Source of the DNA: a virus
Lineage: Duplodnaviria; Caudoviricetes
Virus record (IMG/VR): IMGVR_UViG_3300029448_000429
Location: 1 to 24,241 of that record
Strand: one strand, 5' to 3'
Length of the DNA: 24,241 bases
Position 1 is the first letter of the stretch, and every line of letters starts with the position of its first letter. Positions 6,683-16,341 of this stretch are shown piece after piece. The notes below the pieces were generated by a model. It was not told the origin of the DNA, did not search any database, and was given only the letters and a program-made list of their open reading frames with translations. Both the position numbers and the translations under genes were made by a program.

Positions 6683-7162
6683 TTAGTTTGTCAACTCTGT
6701 TTTTCTACGGTACATTTTAACATGGTAATAAACACCTGGAACGGTTATATTGTATGCTGTTGCCAACTCACTTGCGGTAAAATTATAGTTGGTAAACTTA
6801 TCCCATATATCTCTTTGCATTTCAGTTGGTGGTAATGTTTTTACAACTCTTCTTTTGTATTTCCAACTATTACGGTTATCAATTTTCTTGTCATAGTTGT
6901 TTCTTTTCATTACCTTTTCAACATATAATGGATTTACCGGTGGTCTTGGTTTTTGTCCATGTACTTCTAACCAATGGTTGATATTCAATGCATTTGTGGC
7001 AACTGCAATACCACCTTGATAAAAATGATACACCACATATGTGCCTGGTGGATGTTCTAGTATTTTCTTAACCCATGCAAAATGACATAGTCTTTGCATA
7101 TCATCATGATCAATGTTAGCACGGAATACATTTCTCAAATCACTTTTGAATGGATGTTCCAT
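6683..7162 (-). CDS. Putative DNA-binding protein with a C-terminal HTH (sigma region 4/LuxR-like), 159 aa
   Basis: C-terminal TEMQRDIWDKFTNYNFTASELATAYNITVPGVYYHVKMYRRK fits an HTH pattern. Confidence 0.6.
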   Translation of the reverse strand: MEHPFKSDLRNVFRANIDHDDMQRLCHFAWVKKILEHPPGTYVVYHFYQGGIAVATNALNINHWLEVHGQKPRPPVNPLYVEKVMKRNNYDKKIDNRNSWKYKRRVVKTLPPTEMQRDIWDKFTNYNFTASELATAYNITVPGVYYHVKMYRRKTELTN

Positions 7163-7368
7163 TAGTAGGTTCCGCCGTCAACGTCAGTGATTGTTACAGC
7201 CACGTTCTCCCACTTGTTGGTGCTGGTGTTGTACTGTAGTATTTGACCGTTTGCTAAATTTGTTATTTGAACATCACTCAATCTGCTTATTGATAAACTT
7301 CCACCAACATCTTGTGCTTGTGCATTGGTTTGTATTTCTGTACCTTTACCTACTGTAATTATACTCAT
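7162..7368 (-). CDS. Small tail-fibre-like protein (68 aa)
   Basis: LSDVQITNLANGQILQYNTSTNKWEN fibre-shaft repeat; ends in DGGTY like the 358-aa fibre. Confidence 0.7.
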   Translation of the reverse strand: MSIITVGKGTEIQTNAQAQDVGGSLSISRLSDVQITNLANGQILQYNTSTNKWENVAVTITDVDGGTY

Positions 7369-8834
7369 TATAGTTCCTTACTTGAATCATATGTTGTAGC
7401 TGTGATGTCAACTGTATTATCTTCACCCAACTTCATTTCTTCTACACGGAAAAACTTTTGTGTTTGTCCTGAACCTGTGCCCCAACCAAACTCATCATGT
7501 CTTATTTCAATGATGTCACCACTTTTTAATAGTAATGCTATGTGAGGTGCTTTGAATGTAACCACGCTACGGTCTCTGCTTATGTCTACTTGTTGTGTTA
7601 TTAGGTCTTGTACTATTGCTTTTTCTGTTACAACAGTATACTCCTCTGTTTGTTCTAATACACTACTGTTATCTGCTGTTAGGTATGTTGCGTTGCTATG
7701 AATAACTATATCATCATTCCATTTGGCATCTGGATTAGCAAATACACCTGTCATTTTGTTTAGTTTACCTGCTTTGCTTGGTAGTGTTAAATTTATGTTG
7801 CCAATAATTGTATCTTTGGTAAAAATTGCACTTGTAGGAATACCTGACTGTTCATTTTGTTTACGTATCTTTAATTCATACTTGCCATCTTTAAACAACA
7901 GTATACCATTACAAGCTTCTAATATTTCACCTACATTATCAAACAGTTGTTTCTCTGTCATTAAGAATCCATTTATTTTATAACCACTGCCACTTCTTGC
8001 CGCGGCGCAATCTAATCTTGCTTGTTTGAAACTGGCAATGTTTATAGTTTCACCACACTTATAGGTGCCACTGCTGGTGTGATCTAAACCTTTGCCATAT
8101 ATGTTTGAAATTAAATAATCATACAGTACATCTACAGGATTTTGATCTGCACTAGTTGTGTAATTGGTTGAAAATAAAGTTGAACTTGTGTCACCTTCTG
8201 TTAGTGTACTTACATTTAATATTCTTTTACCTTCTAATACCATTGTTATTGTTGGTAGTTGTCCACCAAATGCTTCACCATTTGCTTGTAATTGAATAGC
8301 AAAATAACTTACGCCTTTTAGTTTATGATCATTTGTCCATTTACTGCTACCAACTGAATTTTGTAATGCTGTATCTGCTGTTTGTGTTGTAGTACCTTTA
8401 TACCAATTACAAATTATATAACTTGCATATTTGCTGATAAAGTCAGTCATAGTATAACCACCACTGCTGTTTGCTGATAGTTGTCCGGGTGTAGTACTAT
8501 CATTTACATCCCATACAATAGTATCATTGAAATACATTTGTTTTACTGTGCCTATTTCACCTTCACACATAGCAATAACCATGTTTAATTTTGTTGTTTT
8601 AGTTGTATCACCTGATCCATCTGAACTTTCAATGAATACTCTGGTTCCACCCATACGTTGTTTGCCATACAATACATATATTGGATCATTGTTTGATTGT
8701 TTGTTTACCAATACATTTGATCTTGCAATACGTGCTTGACGCTCAGCACGTTTCTGTGCTTTACGTTGTTGGTTATAACTAAAATATGTAAAGGCTAATT
8801 TTATAAAGAATTTTGTTACTGGATCTTTACCCAT
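7368..8834 (-). CDS. Tail tip / central hub protein (lambda gpJ N-terminal-like, about 488 aa)
   Basis: PIYVLYGKQRMGG, MCEGEIG, HKLKGVSY, NPVDVLYDYL and LKSGDII motifs. GGAGG spacing favours the ATG at 8834 over 8840. Confidence 0.85.
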   Translation of the reverse strand: MGKDPVTKFFIKLAFTYFSYNQQRKAQKRAERQARIARSNVLVNKQSNNDPIYVLYGKQRMGGTRVFIESSDGSGDTTKTTKLNMVIAMCEGEIGTVKQMYFNDTIVWDVNDSTTPGQLSANSSGGYTMTDFISKYASYIICNWYKGTTTQTADTALQNSVGSSKWTNDHKLKGVSYFAIQLQANGEAFGGQLPTITMVLEGKRILNVSTLTEGDTSSTLFSTNYTTSADQNPVDVLYDYLISNIYGKGLDHTSSGTYKCGETINIASFKQARLDCAAARSGSGYKINGFLMTEKQLFDNVGEILEACNGILLFKDGKYELKIRKQNEQSGIPTSAIFTKDTIIGNINLTLPSKAGKLNKMTGVFANPDAKWNDDIVIHSNATYLTADNSSVLEQTEEYTVVTEKAIVQDLITQQVDISRDRSVVTFKAPHIALLLKSGDIIEIRHDEFGWGTGSGQTQKFFRVEEMKLGEDNTVDITATTYDSSKEL

Positions 8835-9237
8835 TTGCATACCTCCATATAGTGTAAGGTGCGTCAGTTTCTAAATCATGTCTTGTTATACCATTTGAAT
8901 TATCTGATATTCCCCAAGCAAAATTCATAAACACTATGTAACCACTGCTGAATCTTCTATCATGTTGTACTTGCACTATATCACCGTCCTGTAAATTTTC
9001 AACCTGTTTGTATCCATGTTTTGGAAACCATTTGTCCAATGGTATCTTTTTAGCCCAAGTTATTGCACTCTTTAAGTCATTGTATTTACCGTATATTTCT
9101 TTGAGTGTTTTTGTGCCGTATGCTATATCATGCCATTCCATAAACAAAGTACAACAATCATTTTTACCTCTTACCCAAGGTTGATGTTTCTTTTCTGCTA
9201 ACCACATACCAAGTCTATATTGTAGTTGCTTTTCCAT
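8827..9237 (-). CDS. NlpC/P60-like tail tip assembly protein (136 aa)
   Basis: PWVRGKNDCC and QDGDIV motifs; located between the hub and tip genes. Confidence 0.7.
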   Translation of the reverse strand: MEKQLQYRLGMWLAEKKHQPWVRGKNDCCTLFMEWHDIAYGTKTLKEIYGKYNDLKSAITWAKKIPLDKWFPKHGYKQVENLQDGDIVQVQHDRRFSSGYIVFMNFAWGISDNSNGITRHDLETDAPYTIWRYANG

Positions 9238-9800
9238 TATGCCTCACGCCATATTACTTCTTTTTGCACTTCTTTTGCATAACTAAAGCCTTCATCACCT
9301 GGGTGTATTTCTTTTTGACTGTTGCTGTTTGTGTATCTTGTGCTTATTCTATCAAAGTTTGTCCAATGACTACTTGTTTCTATATCACCTGTGGTACTAT
9401 CACCTTTGTCTGATAGTGTTGCACTTATGTTGTTGATATAACCTTTGTACAATACCACTTGTTGTGATACTGTAAAGTCTTCCATGAATGCACGGAATAT
9501 TGTAACTGGTTTATCAATATAATCTAAACCTTGTAGTGTTTTTAATACTGTATCACCTGTTGGTAAATTTACAATACCAGCCAATGTTATTGTTATTTTT
9601 TCAATACTAAAGTTTGCGTTATCAACATAATCAGTTATCTGTAATAACCCACCTGCGGCTTTGTATGTGTTGCCGTCTGATAGTGTTAGATTATAAGGTG
9701 CTTGTGTTATATAATAGGTGTGTGTGCTGTCTATTGCTATTTTAACACAGTCATAATATTGTATAGTTTCTTTTGCTACTATTTGTTCTAATGTTGCCAT
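9237..9800 (-). CDS. Minor tail / baseplate hub protein (lambda gpL/DUF2163-like, 187 aa)
   Basis: GNTYKAAGGLL and RYTNSNSQKEIHPGDEGFSY...W motifs; follows the Dit-like gene. Confidence 0.75.
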   Translation of the reverse strand: MATLEQIVAKETIQYYDCVKIAIDSTHTYYITQAPYNLTLSDGNTYKAAGGLLQITDYVDNANFSIEKITITLAGIVNLPTGDTVLKTLQGLDYIDKPVTIFRAFMEDFTVSQQVVLYKGYINNISATLSDKGDSTTGDIETSSHWTNFDRISTRYTNSNSQKEIHPGDEGFSYAKEVQKEVIWREA

Positions 9801-9803
9801 AGT

Positions 9804-12800
9804 TTATTTCCATCTATCTAAATCAAACATTACAGTTACATAATAGTAATTGTTTTGATCCACACTATAGTTGAAGTTATCATCTGCTAATGATACAACT
9901 GCGTGTGATGGATGTTTGTATATTTTTTGTCCTGCACTCATTGGTTGGCGTACTGGCCAAGGCATACGTATTTTTGCTTCACCATAAACATTTGAAGTTA
10001 CTGTGTTCAATGCTGTGTGTAGATTACCATTTTCATTTTCACCATCAATAAACACTTCACCACGTGTGAATGCGTTTGCTTGACTACTGGTAAAACCTTC
10101 TGCTAATAATGTAGTATCACCAAGACTCATTGCATTTTTGAGACGTATGTGTTTTGTTGTTCCTGCGGTGTATGTGTCTCTCCATAATATCTCATCATTA
10201 TCTTTGTTTTTTAGACTAAAGAAGAATGGTGTGCTTTGTCCGTGTGCCGCTTGTGCTATTGCATGAAACTTTTGAAAGTCTGCCATTTTCATTGGTGGAT
10301 ATGTTACTTCTAATTGCCATTTTGTATGACCCATACTACGTGTGTATTTTATACCACTGCTTGATGTGTTTACAATAGTAGGACTGTTGTAAACAATGTT
10401 TGCACTCTGTGGTGACACGTGGTTTGGCCATTCTTTGTTTGCATTGTAACCATCACTTGCCCATTCATCATCTGTATCAAATACGTCTGCTTGTTCACTT
10501 GGTGTCAATGCTGGTGGTGTGTATGTATCAGCACCTGTTTTTATTAACCATTTAACTGTGTTGTTATTACTACCTACTGTACTAAAGTCCCAAGGTGAAA
10601 CTCTTTTTCCTTGTGCGTCAAGAGTTGCGCCTGTTACATAACCATTACTGTCTTGTGTTACTGTCCAAGTACAATCTGTTGTTATATTTGTATGAGTACT
10701 TTGATCTAATTGATATACTTTTGTTAAATCAACTTCTGCTCCATTTACATATGTGCTGGCACCTGTACGTTTTTTGTATGTAAGATTACCGCCACTTAAA
10801 AATGTAAAGTTTGGATGATTGGTTACTTCACCTGCCGCTGTAGTTGTTAAACTTCCACCTGTGCTGGCAGTTAAATTACCTGCTACAGTTACACCTGCAA
10901 CATTTGTTGTATTGTTTGGTGAGAACCATTGTATTCTATCTGTTTCTGCAAATTTAAATGTATCACCTGTTTGTAGGTATGTATAATCTGCACCAGTTAC
11001 ATCAAAATAGTTTTGACCTCTTGATGAATATGTTACATTTGCCGCTGTTAATAGATATGGGTTGTTTAACCAATTTAATGTTGATCCAGCGGCATGATCT
11101 CCATGTGTGGCTATTCTTTTGCGTGTAGTTTCTTCTTCAATAATGCTTATAGCTGTTGGAAATCCAGTTGCATTATTGCTTGTATATATGAATGTACCAT
11201 TAACCAATTTGTTATAGTTTGGATCTGTTTTTGGAATATAACCATCACTGTCTGTGGTAAATGTCCAATAAGAATTAGAAGTATAACGGTCTACAGTATT
11301 AATATTCTCTTGATTTGTTTTTAATGTAAAGTTACCACCTGACCAAGTACCATTGCTACCGTTGCCTGTAGAATCAAAAGTTGGATTTGTAGCCCAACTG
11401 GTATTAATATCATCAATTGCACTATTAGGATTAAATGCTATATTTGGAAATGCAAAACATCTAATGTATTGCCATACTCTGTCTGGATTTGTTGAACCTA
11501 CTGCTGTAAAAATTGAAGGGCCTGGTGAAACAAAAACTTTTGTACTATTTGTGCCACTGTTTTCTGTTATATCAAGCCACATACCTTTTGTATCTCCAAG
11601 GGTAACATAACTTTTTAATGTTGTCCATACAGGATGATTATTTAAAGTATCTTGAGGATTTCTCTGATAGATGTCTATTACTTTATAACTTATACCGTTA
11701 ACTGCTACACTACTAACTTCAACTGCATTATTTTGTTGTGTAACTCCTGTGTTAATTTGATTAGATGAAGGTGCGTTTGTAGCACCTACTCTATATTTAC
11801 TAGCATCAAAACTTCCACCTGGATGAGCATAAACTTTTCTGCCGTTGTATGTTGTATTCATATCATTAAAGATAGTCCACTGATCACCACTAACAACACC
11901 ATTTATGTTGTGCCAATAACCAGTTGTCCAGTTTGTATCAATAATGGCTGGTTGAGAACCACTGTTGGTTGATACAACCAATGTGTTTACTGTGTTTACC
12001 TGTGTTGTTCCATCTGTGGCATATATAGGTTCTACATATCTACCTTCACCTGGATAACTGCTAGTTTGCTGACTTCCTAGTCCAAAAAAGTATTCTGTTT
12101 TAATATAACTGTTTTCAATGCTTATATTACTTGCACCATCTGTGGTAGGTATAGTTTTTCTTTCATTGAATGTAACTGCGTTTAAGTCATTGCTGTATGC
12201 GCCATTACGGTCACGTCTTTTAAAACCTGTTGCACTTGTACTACTTGCAATATAAGAACGGCTACTGTTTGTAGCATCAATATACCAATTGTTACCGTTT
12301 GTAAATGCACTTGTGGTAACTATAAATTCTGGTTCACCAACTGTAGTATAATCTGTGTATATTTCATTTAAATCTAATAGGTTTGTTCTGTTGCTGTCTG
12401 TGTATAAATGATATGCTGAATTGTTATCATCAGTTTGATGGTTAAAGTTTTTAGCATATAGTGTTCCCAAACCATTTAATTGTTTTTGTAATCCAGTTCC
12501 ATCAATTGGATTGTATGTTCCACCTGGATCAGTAAATGTAAATGTTGTAGTTGGTGCTACTCTACGTGCTGATTTACTGTTGAACTCAAAATTAAAAGTT
12601 GCAAGATCAAATGCACTGGTTGGATCTGGAAAATGATCAACAGCTTCATTTGTTACACTTTGTACATAACGTAAAGGTATTGTTAAACTGCTATCTCTGA
12701 ATAGATAAACTTCATTGCCTTGGATACCTTCTTCTGGATCTGTGTAAAGTATTTCTGTACCTGAATCATATGTAGGACCTTGTGCATTCCATTCAGCCAA

Positions 12801-13208
12801 TGTACCATCAGCTGATCCAATAATAACAGGGTCACCTTCTCTAAACTTGTCTCTTGAAGTATAAGAATAAAATGTTACACCTACTTTAGCACCTGTTAGG
12901 TTTTCACTGCTTGTAAAAGTTTCTTGAATAGGGTAAATGCTAGTTTGTAGAATAGGCTGTTCCCATAAATCATATATTGTTAGGTTATCTAATGAACTTT
13001 CAGTTTCAACTGCTTTGTTAAACAATGAACTGTGTATTTCCCAATTTGTTATTAGGTTAGATTCACCTGTGTTAGGATTATGTCCTTGCCAAGCCTTATA
13101 ACTTCCATTAACCAATGCTGTTATTCTTGTTGTCCAACCTGGTTGATAATTTGGATCAATGTAATTGTTTCCACTATTATTGGGCCAAGTAAAAATTGAT
13201 AAACTCAT
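9804..13208 (-). CDS. Distal tail (Dit)-like protein with a ~930-aa N-terminal extension (1134 aa)
   Basis: Directly follows the tape measure gene. The last ~200 aa (SSSGIKYTRSMGHTKWQLEVTYPPM...) look Dit-like; the rest is N/T/S/G/aromatic-rich. Confidence 0.65.
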   Translation of the reverse strand: MSLSIFTWPNNSGNNYIDPNYQPGWTTRITALVNGSYKAWQGHNPNTGESNLITNWEIHSSLFNKAVETESSLDNLTIYDLWEQPILQTSIYPIQETFTSSENLTGAKVGVTFYSYTSRDKFREGDPVIIGSADGTLAEWNAQGPTYDSGTEILYTDPEEGIQGNEVYLFRDSSLTIPLRYVQSVTNEAVDHFPDPTSAFDLATFNFEFNSKSARRVAPTTTFTFTDPGGTYNPIDGTGLQKQLNGLGTLYAKNFNHQTDDNNSAYHLYTDSNRTNLLDLNEIYTDYTTVGEPEFIVTTSAFTNGNNWYIDATNSSRSYIASSTSATGFKRRDRNGAYSNDLNAVTFNERKTIPTTDGASNISIENSYIKTEYFFGLGSQQTSSYPGEGRYVEPIYATDGTTQVNTVNTLVVSTNSGSQPAIIDTNWTTGYWHNINGVVSGDQWTIFNDMNTTYNGRKVYAHPGGSFDASKYRVGATNAPSSNQINTGVTQQNNAVEVSSVAVNGISYKVIDIYQRNPQDTLNNHPVWTTLKSYVTLGDTKGMWLDITENSGTNSTKVFVSPGPSIFTAVGSTNPDRVWQYIRCFAFPNIAFNPNSAIDDINTSWATNPTFDSTGNGSNGTWSGGNFTLKTNQENINTVDRYTSNSYWTFTTDSDGYIPKTDPNYNKLVNGTFIYTSNNATGFPTAISIIEEETTRKRIATHGDHAAGSTLNWLNNPYLLTAANVTYSSRGQNYFDVTGADYTYLQTGDTFKFAETDRIQWFSPNNTTNVAGVTVAGNLTASTGGSLTTTAAGEVTNHPNFTFLSGGNLTYKKRTGASTYVNGAEVDLTKVYQLDQSTHTNITTDCTWTVTQDSNGYVTGATLDAQGKRVSPWDFSTVGSNNNTVKWLIKTGADTYTPPALTPSEQADVFDTDDEWASDGYNANKEWPNHVSPQSANIVYNSPTIVNTSSSGIKYTRSMGHTKWQLEVTYPPMKMADFQKFHAIAQAAHGQSTPFFFSLKNKDNDEILWRDTYTAGTTKHIRLKNAMSLGDTTLLAEGFTSSQANAFTRGEVFIDGENENGNLHTALNTVTSNVYGEAKIRMPWPVRQPMSAGQKIYKHPSHAVVSLADDNFNYSVDQNNYYYVTVMFDLDRWK

Positions 13209-15061
13209 TAATATATCCCCTGTCTTCCACGTCTATTATAGGCGTTTTGTATAATACCTTCAATTTGGTTCTTGTTCTTTAATAAGAACTCTGTACCTGT
13301 CTGAGTGTCTATGCTTTGTATAGTAATATTTACCGGCGGAGCGGCCGGTGCTGATAGTTGATTCATTGGAGTGATATTTGCTGGTCCTGAAACAATCTCA
13401 GCGCCAGCTTCTCCTGCAATACCAAACTTACCTGCGCCAAGTTTACCACCATTTGCAAAGAAACCTCCAAAGAAGTCACTGATACCACCTACAACATTTG
13501 TAGCAAAACTTGATAGTCCACCAAACATTCCACTTACACCTCCATTGAATCCACCACCTGTTAGTGAACCAATTTGACCTAGTATACTGTTCAATTGATT
13601 ACCACCATTTAGTGTATCTGATATAAGATCTTTTAGTGTGCTTTTCCATAGTCCTGCAAAACTTTCAAAGTTTAGGTTACCTTCTACAAGACCATCTGCT
13701 AATATATCATTAAACTGTTTGTTAAAGTCTTCAACAAAAGCGTTATTGGCTTCTTTCATTTTATCAGTTTTTTGCATTATTGCTTTTTGTAATCTATCAT
13801 AGTCAGATATGATTTCATCTACTTGTTCTGTTGTAGAGGTTGTAGTCATATCTTTCATTTCTTCAAAATCTGATATTATTTCTTCTTTGAGTTCTGGAAC
13901 AATACTGTTACCTACCAAGTAGTTGTATGCACCATCCCATAGTTCTTTTAGTTTATTGGTTGTTGCTTCTGTTGCACTTACAACACTATCTTTGATGCTA
14001 CCAAAGTTGTCTTTTACTTTGTTACCAAAGTCTGTTACCACTTTGATTGCACCTACTATTTCATCTTCAAATTCTTTTATAGTATCAACAACAAATTCTA
14101 ATGCTGTGCTTACAGCTTCTAATGCTAATTTGAACAATGGTAATGCCGCTTCATATATAGGCTTCATTACTTCTGCCATTGAACTCAAGAACTCAAACAA
14201 TACTTTTATGATTGGTACAACAACATCTGTTAGTACCATACCAATAGCATCAAATACTGGTTGCATTGCCGCCATAGCGTCTTTGAACTTTTCTAAATAA
14301 CCTGGTGCACTTGCGGCCAAGTCTTTTACAAATTCTGTCATTGCTGGTAATATAGGTATAAGAGCTTCTTGCATTAGGTATGTTAATTGATCACCTAATC
14401 TACTCAAACTATCATTGAATACTTCTGCCCGTTGAGCATCTTCAAGACTGACTATGTTCATACTTTTAGCCACATCACTCAATGCTTTACCTACACCAAC
14501 TCCGTCTTGTTTTAATTGTTGGAATACACCAAGTACTTTAGGACCAACCATCTCACCCAGTATTTTCTGAGCGTCAGCCATACCAATTGTACCTTCTTGC
14601 ATTGCTTGAGCAACTGCTGTGAATAGATCTGGTGCGTCTTTTAATTTACCATTTACATCAAATATACTGTCACCAAGTTTTGCCATGATTTCAGCATACT
14701 GTTTGTTGCCGGCTATACCAGCCGCCATACGTCCTTCAAGGTTTCTAAACATTCTATCAGTTTCTTCTGCTGATAGTCCACCTTCTTCTAATAGTTTTCT
14801 AATTACCTGAAACTTTGCAAAACTTTTCTCTGATGTGATACCTACGTTTCTTGCCGCTTTAGCAAGATTGTCCATATCATCAATGACACGTTTGAACACT
14901 ACCAATGTTCCAAGCGCCGCAATAGCCGCACCTGCTATACCAATAGCACCTTTGAGCATAAGAGCTCTACGTGCTGTTCTGTCTAAACCTTTGTCTACCT
15001 TATTGATAGCTCTACTGGCTTTGTCCTTTGCTTGAATCTCAATAGTGTGTTTAGTTGCCAT
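13208..15061 (-). CDS. Tape measure protein (617 aa)
   Basis: IEIQAKDKAS N-terminus, amphipathic helical core, C-terminal FANGG...AGEAGAE motif; follows the tail chaperones. Confidence 0.9.
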   Translation of the reverse strand: MATKHTIEIQAKDKASRAINKVDKGLDRTARRALMLKGAIGIAGAAIAALGTLVVFKRVIDDMDNLAKAARNVGITSEKSFAKFQVIRKLLEEGGLSAEETDRMFRNLEGRMAAGIAGNKQYAEIMAKLGDSIFDVNGKLKDAPDLFTAVAQAMQEGTIGMADAQKILGEMVGPKVLGVFQQLKQDGVGVGKALSDVAKSMNIVSLEDAQRAEVFNDSLSRLGDQLTYLMQEALIPILPAMTEFVKDLAASAPGYLEKFKDAMAAMQPVFDAIGMVLTDVVVPIIKVLFEFLSSMAEVMKPIYEAALPLFKLALEAVSTALEFVVDTIKEFEDEIVGAIKVVTDFGNKVKDNFGSIKDSVVSATEATTNKLKELWDGAYNYLVGNSIVPELKEEIISDFEEMKDMTTTSTTEQVDEIISDYDRLQKAIMQKTDKMKEANNAFVEDFNKQFNDILADGLVEGNLNFESFAGLWKSTLKDLISDTLNGGNQLNSILGQIGSLTGGGFNGGVSGMFGGLSSFATNVVGGISDFFGGFFANGGKLGAGKFGIAGEAGAEIVSGPANITPMNQLSAPAAPPVNITIQSIDTQTGTEFLLKNKNQIEGIIQNAYNRRGRQGIY

Positions 15062-15064
15062 AGT

Positions 15065-15223
15065 TTATTTCCTTTTACTTTGATTAACCTGAAACTCAAA
15101 ATATTTAGCCCACATTTCTAACTCAAGTGTGCTAACATTATTGAGGACCCACTCTACCGGTTGATTTAGTGTTTCTGCTATTCTGAACAAAAACAGGGTC
15201 TCTAAATCTTTGGTGAGTTTCCC
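15065..15223 (-). CDS. Tail assembly chaperone gpT-like extension reached by a -1 frameshift (fusion 15570..15065, about 168 aa)
   Basis: Slippery G GGA AAC at 15223-15217. The -1 frame is open for 50 codons: LTKDLETLFLFRIAETLNQPVEWVLNNVSTLELEMWAKYFEFQVNQSKRK. Confidence 0.85.
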   Translation of the reverse strand, partial: GKLTKDLETLFLFRIAETLNQPVEWVLNNVSTLELEMWAKYFEFQVNQSKRK

Positions 15224-15570
15224 ATGGCGTCTTGTGCTTCCTTTTTAGCCTCATTCATTGCACCAACAATACGTATGATCACTTCTGGATCTACTTCTCT
15301 CATTAATACAACTCTATCAGCCGCTGTAAACATTTTTTTACCATCTTTTGTAAGACTTTTGGCAATCAATGTTTCAACCAAAGCTTCAACAAGGTCTCCT
15401 TTACCATGTAACTCTATAATCTTTTTTTCTACAGCAAAGTTTGTTGCCGCTTTAAAATAAATTGTTTCTTCCCATTCAGGAACTTCAATTTTTACTAAAT
15501 CATGTGCTAATGCTCCATGAAAGTGACTTCTTGCTTTTTCTAATGTACTTTTTGTCATTTGTTTTTTCAT
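15202..15570 (-). CDS. Tail assembly chaperone (gpG-like, 122 aa)
   Basis: IEVPEW motif; lies upstream of the tape measure gene; slippery site at its 3' end. Confidence 0.85.
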   Translation of the reverse strand: MKKQMTKSTLEKARSHFHGALAHDLVKIEVPEWEETIYFKAATNFAVEKKIIELHGKGDLVEALVETLIAKSLTKDGKKMFTAADRVVLMREVDPEVIIRIVGAMNEAKKEAQDAMGNSPKI

Positions 15571-15575
15571 CCTTG

Positions 15576-15875
15576 TTATGGTTTACGGACTCTTGCCAAT
15601 ACTGGCTTGACTATACCTTTGGGGGCTTGTCCACTCCAGCCTGGGTTGCCGTCCAACCTTTCTATGTAAGGTACATCATTTCTTATGACTACCTTTGTTT
15701 TGCCTGTGCCTATAACGTCACTCATTTGCTTAACGTTTTTCCAGCCTCTTTGTGCTTGGCCAGTGTCAATAGGCGTTTGACTTACTAAATTTGTAAACAG
15801 ACTACGTTGATATCTGTCATAATCACGGGCTAACTCTTTCAACATTTTTCTAGTTGTTTTACTTGAGTAGCCCAT
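15576..15875 (-). CDS. HK97 gp10-like tail completion/neck protein (99 aa)
   Basis: TPIDTGQAQRGW, NDVPYIERLD.G and SGQAPKG motifs. Confidence 0.8.
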   Translation of the reverse strand: MGYSSKTTRKMLKELARDYDRYQRSLFTNLVSQTPIDTGQAQRGWKNVKQMSDVIGTGKTKVVIRNDVPYIERLDGNPGWSGQAPKGIVKPVLARVRKP

Positions 15876-15886
15876 GATATGATCAA

Positions 15887-16330
15887 TTATACACTGACGT
15901 CTGTTGTTAATGAACCAGTACCTGTAAAACTTATGCTTACAGTCTGTACTTCACCTAATGTAGCAGAGTTTTCAATACTTGTGATGATTGCATCACCAGT
16001 AAATCCAAAGTCTGTATCACTAGCGTTTGGGTAAAAGTATAATCTTACTTTAGAACCAACACCTAATGTTGCGTTTGGCGCACCATCTTGGTTAACTGAT
16101 TGTCTACCAGCAACACCTGCTATGTCAGTAAAGTTAGCTTCCGCTGAACCTTCCCAACCTAGTAGTCCTGATTTACTTTCTTTCCATGTTGCACCCATAT
16201 AGTTGCACTCTAACAGTTCTGCATTTTGTGTAACAGTCCATGAAGTCAACATAGCAATGTTTGTGAAATTAGACCCGTCATCTGTGGACACGCCTAACGC
16301 ACCGTCTTTTCCTGCGTAACAGTTTGACAT
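15887..16330 (-). CDS. Major tail (tube) protein (147 aa)
   Basis: WKESKSGLLGWEGS, FTGDAIITS and SISFTGTGSL motifs; position in the tail module. Confidence 0.85.
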   Translation of the reverse strand: MSNCYAGKDGALGVSTDDGSNFTNIAMLTSWTVTQNAELLECNYMGATWKESKSGLLGWEGSAEANFTDIAGVAGRQSVNQDGAPNATLGVGSKVRLYFYPNASDTDFGFTGDAIITSIENSATLGEVQTVSISFTGTGSLTTDVSV

Positions 16331-16341
16331 AATAATGTCTC

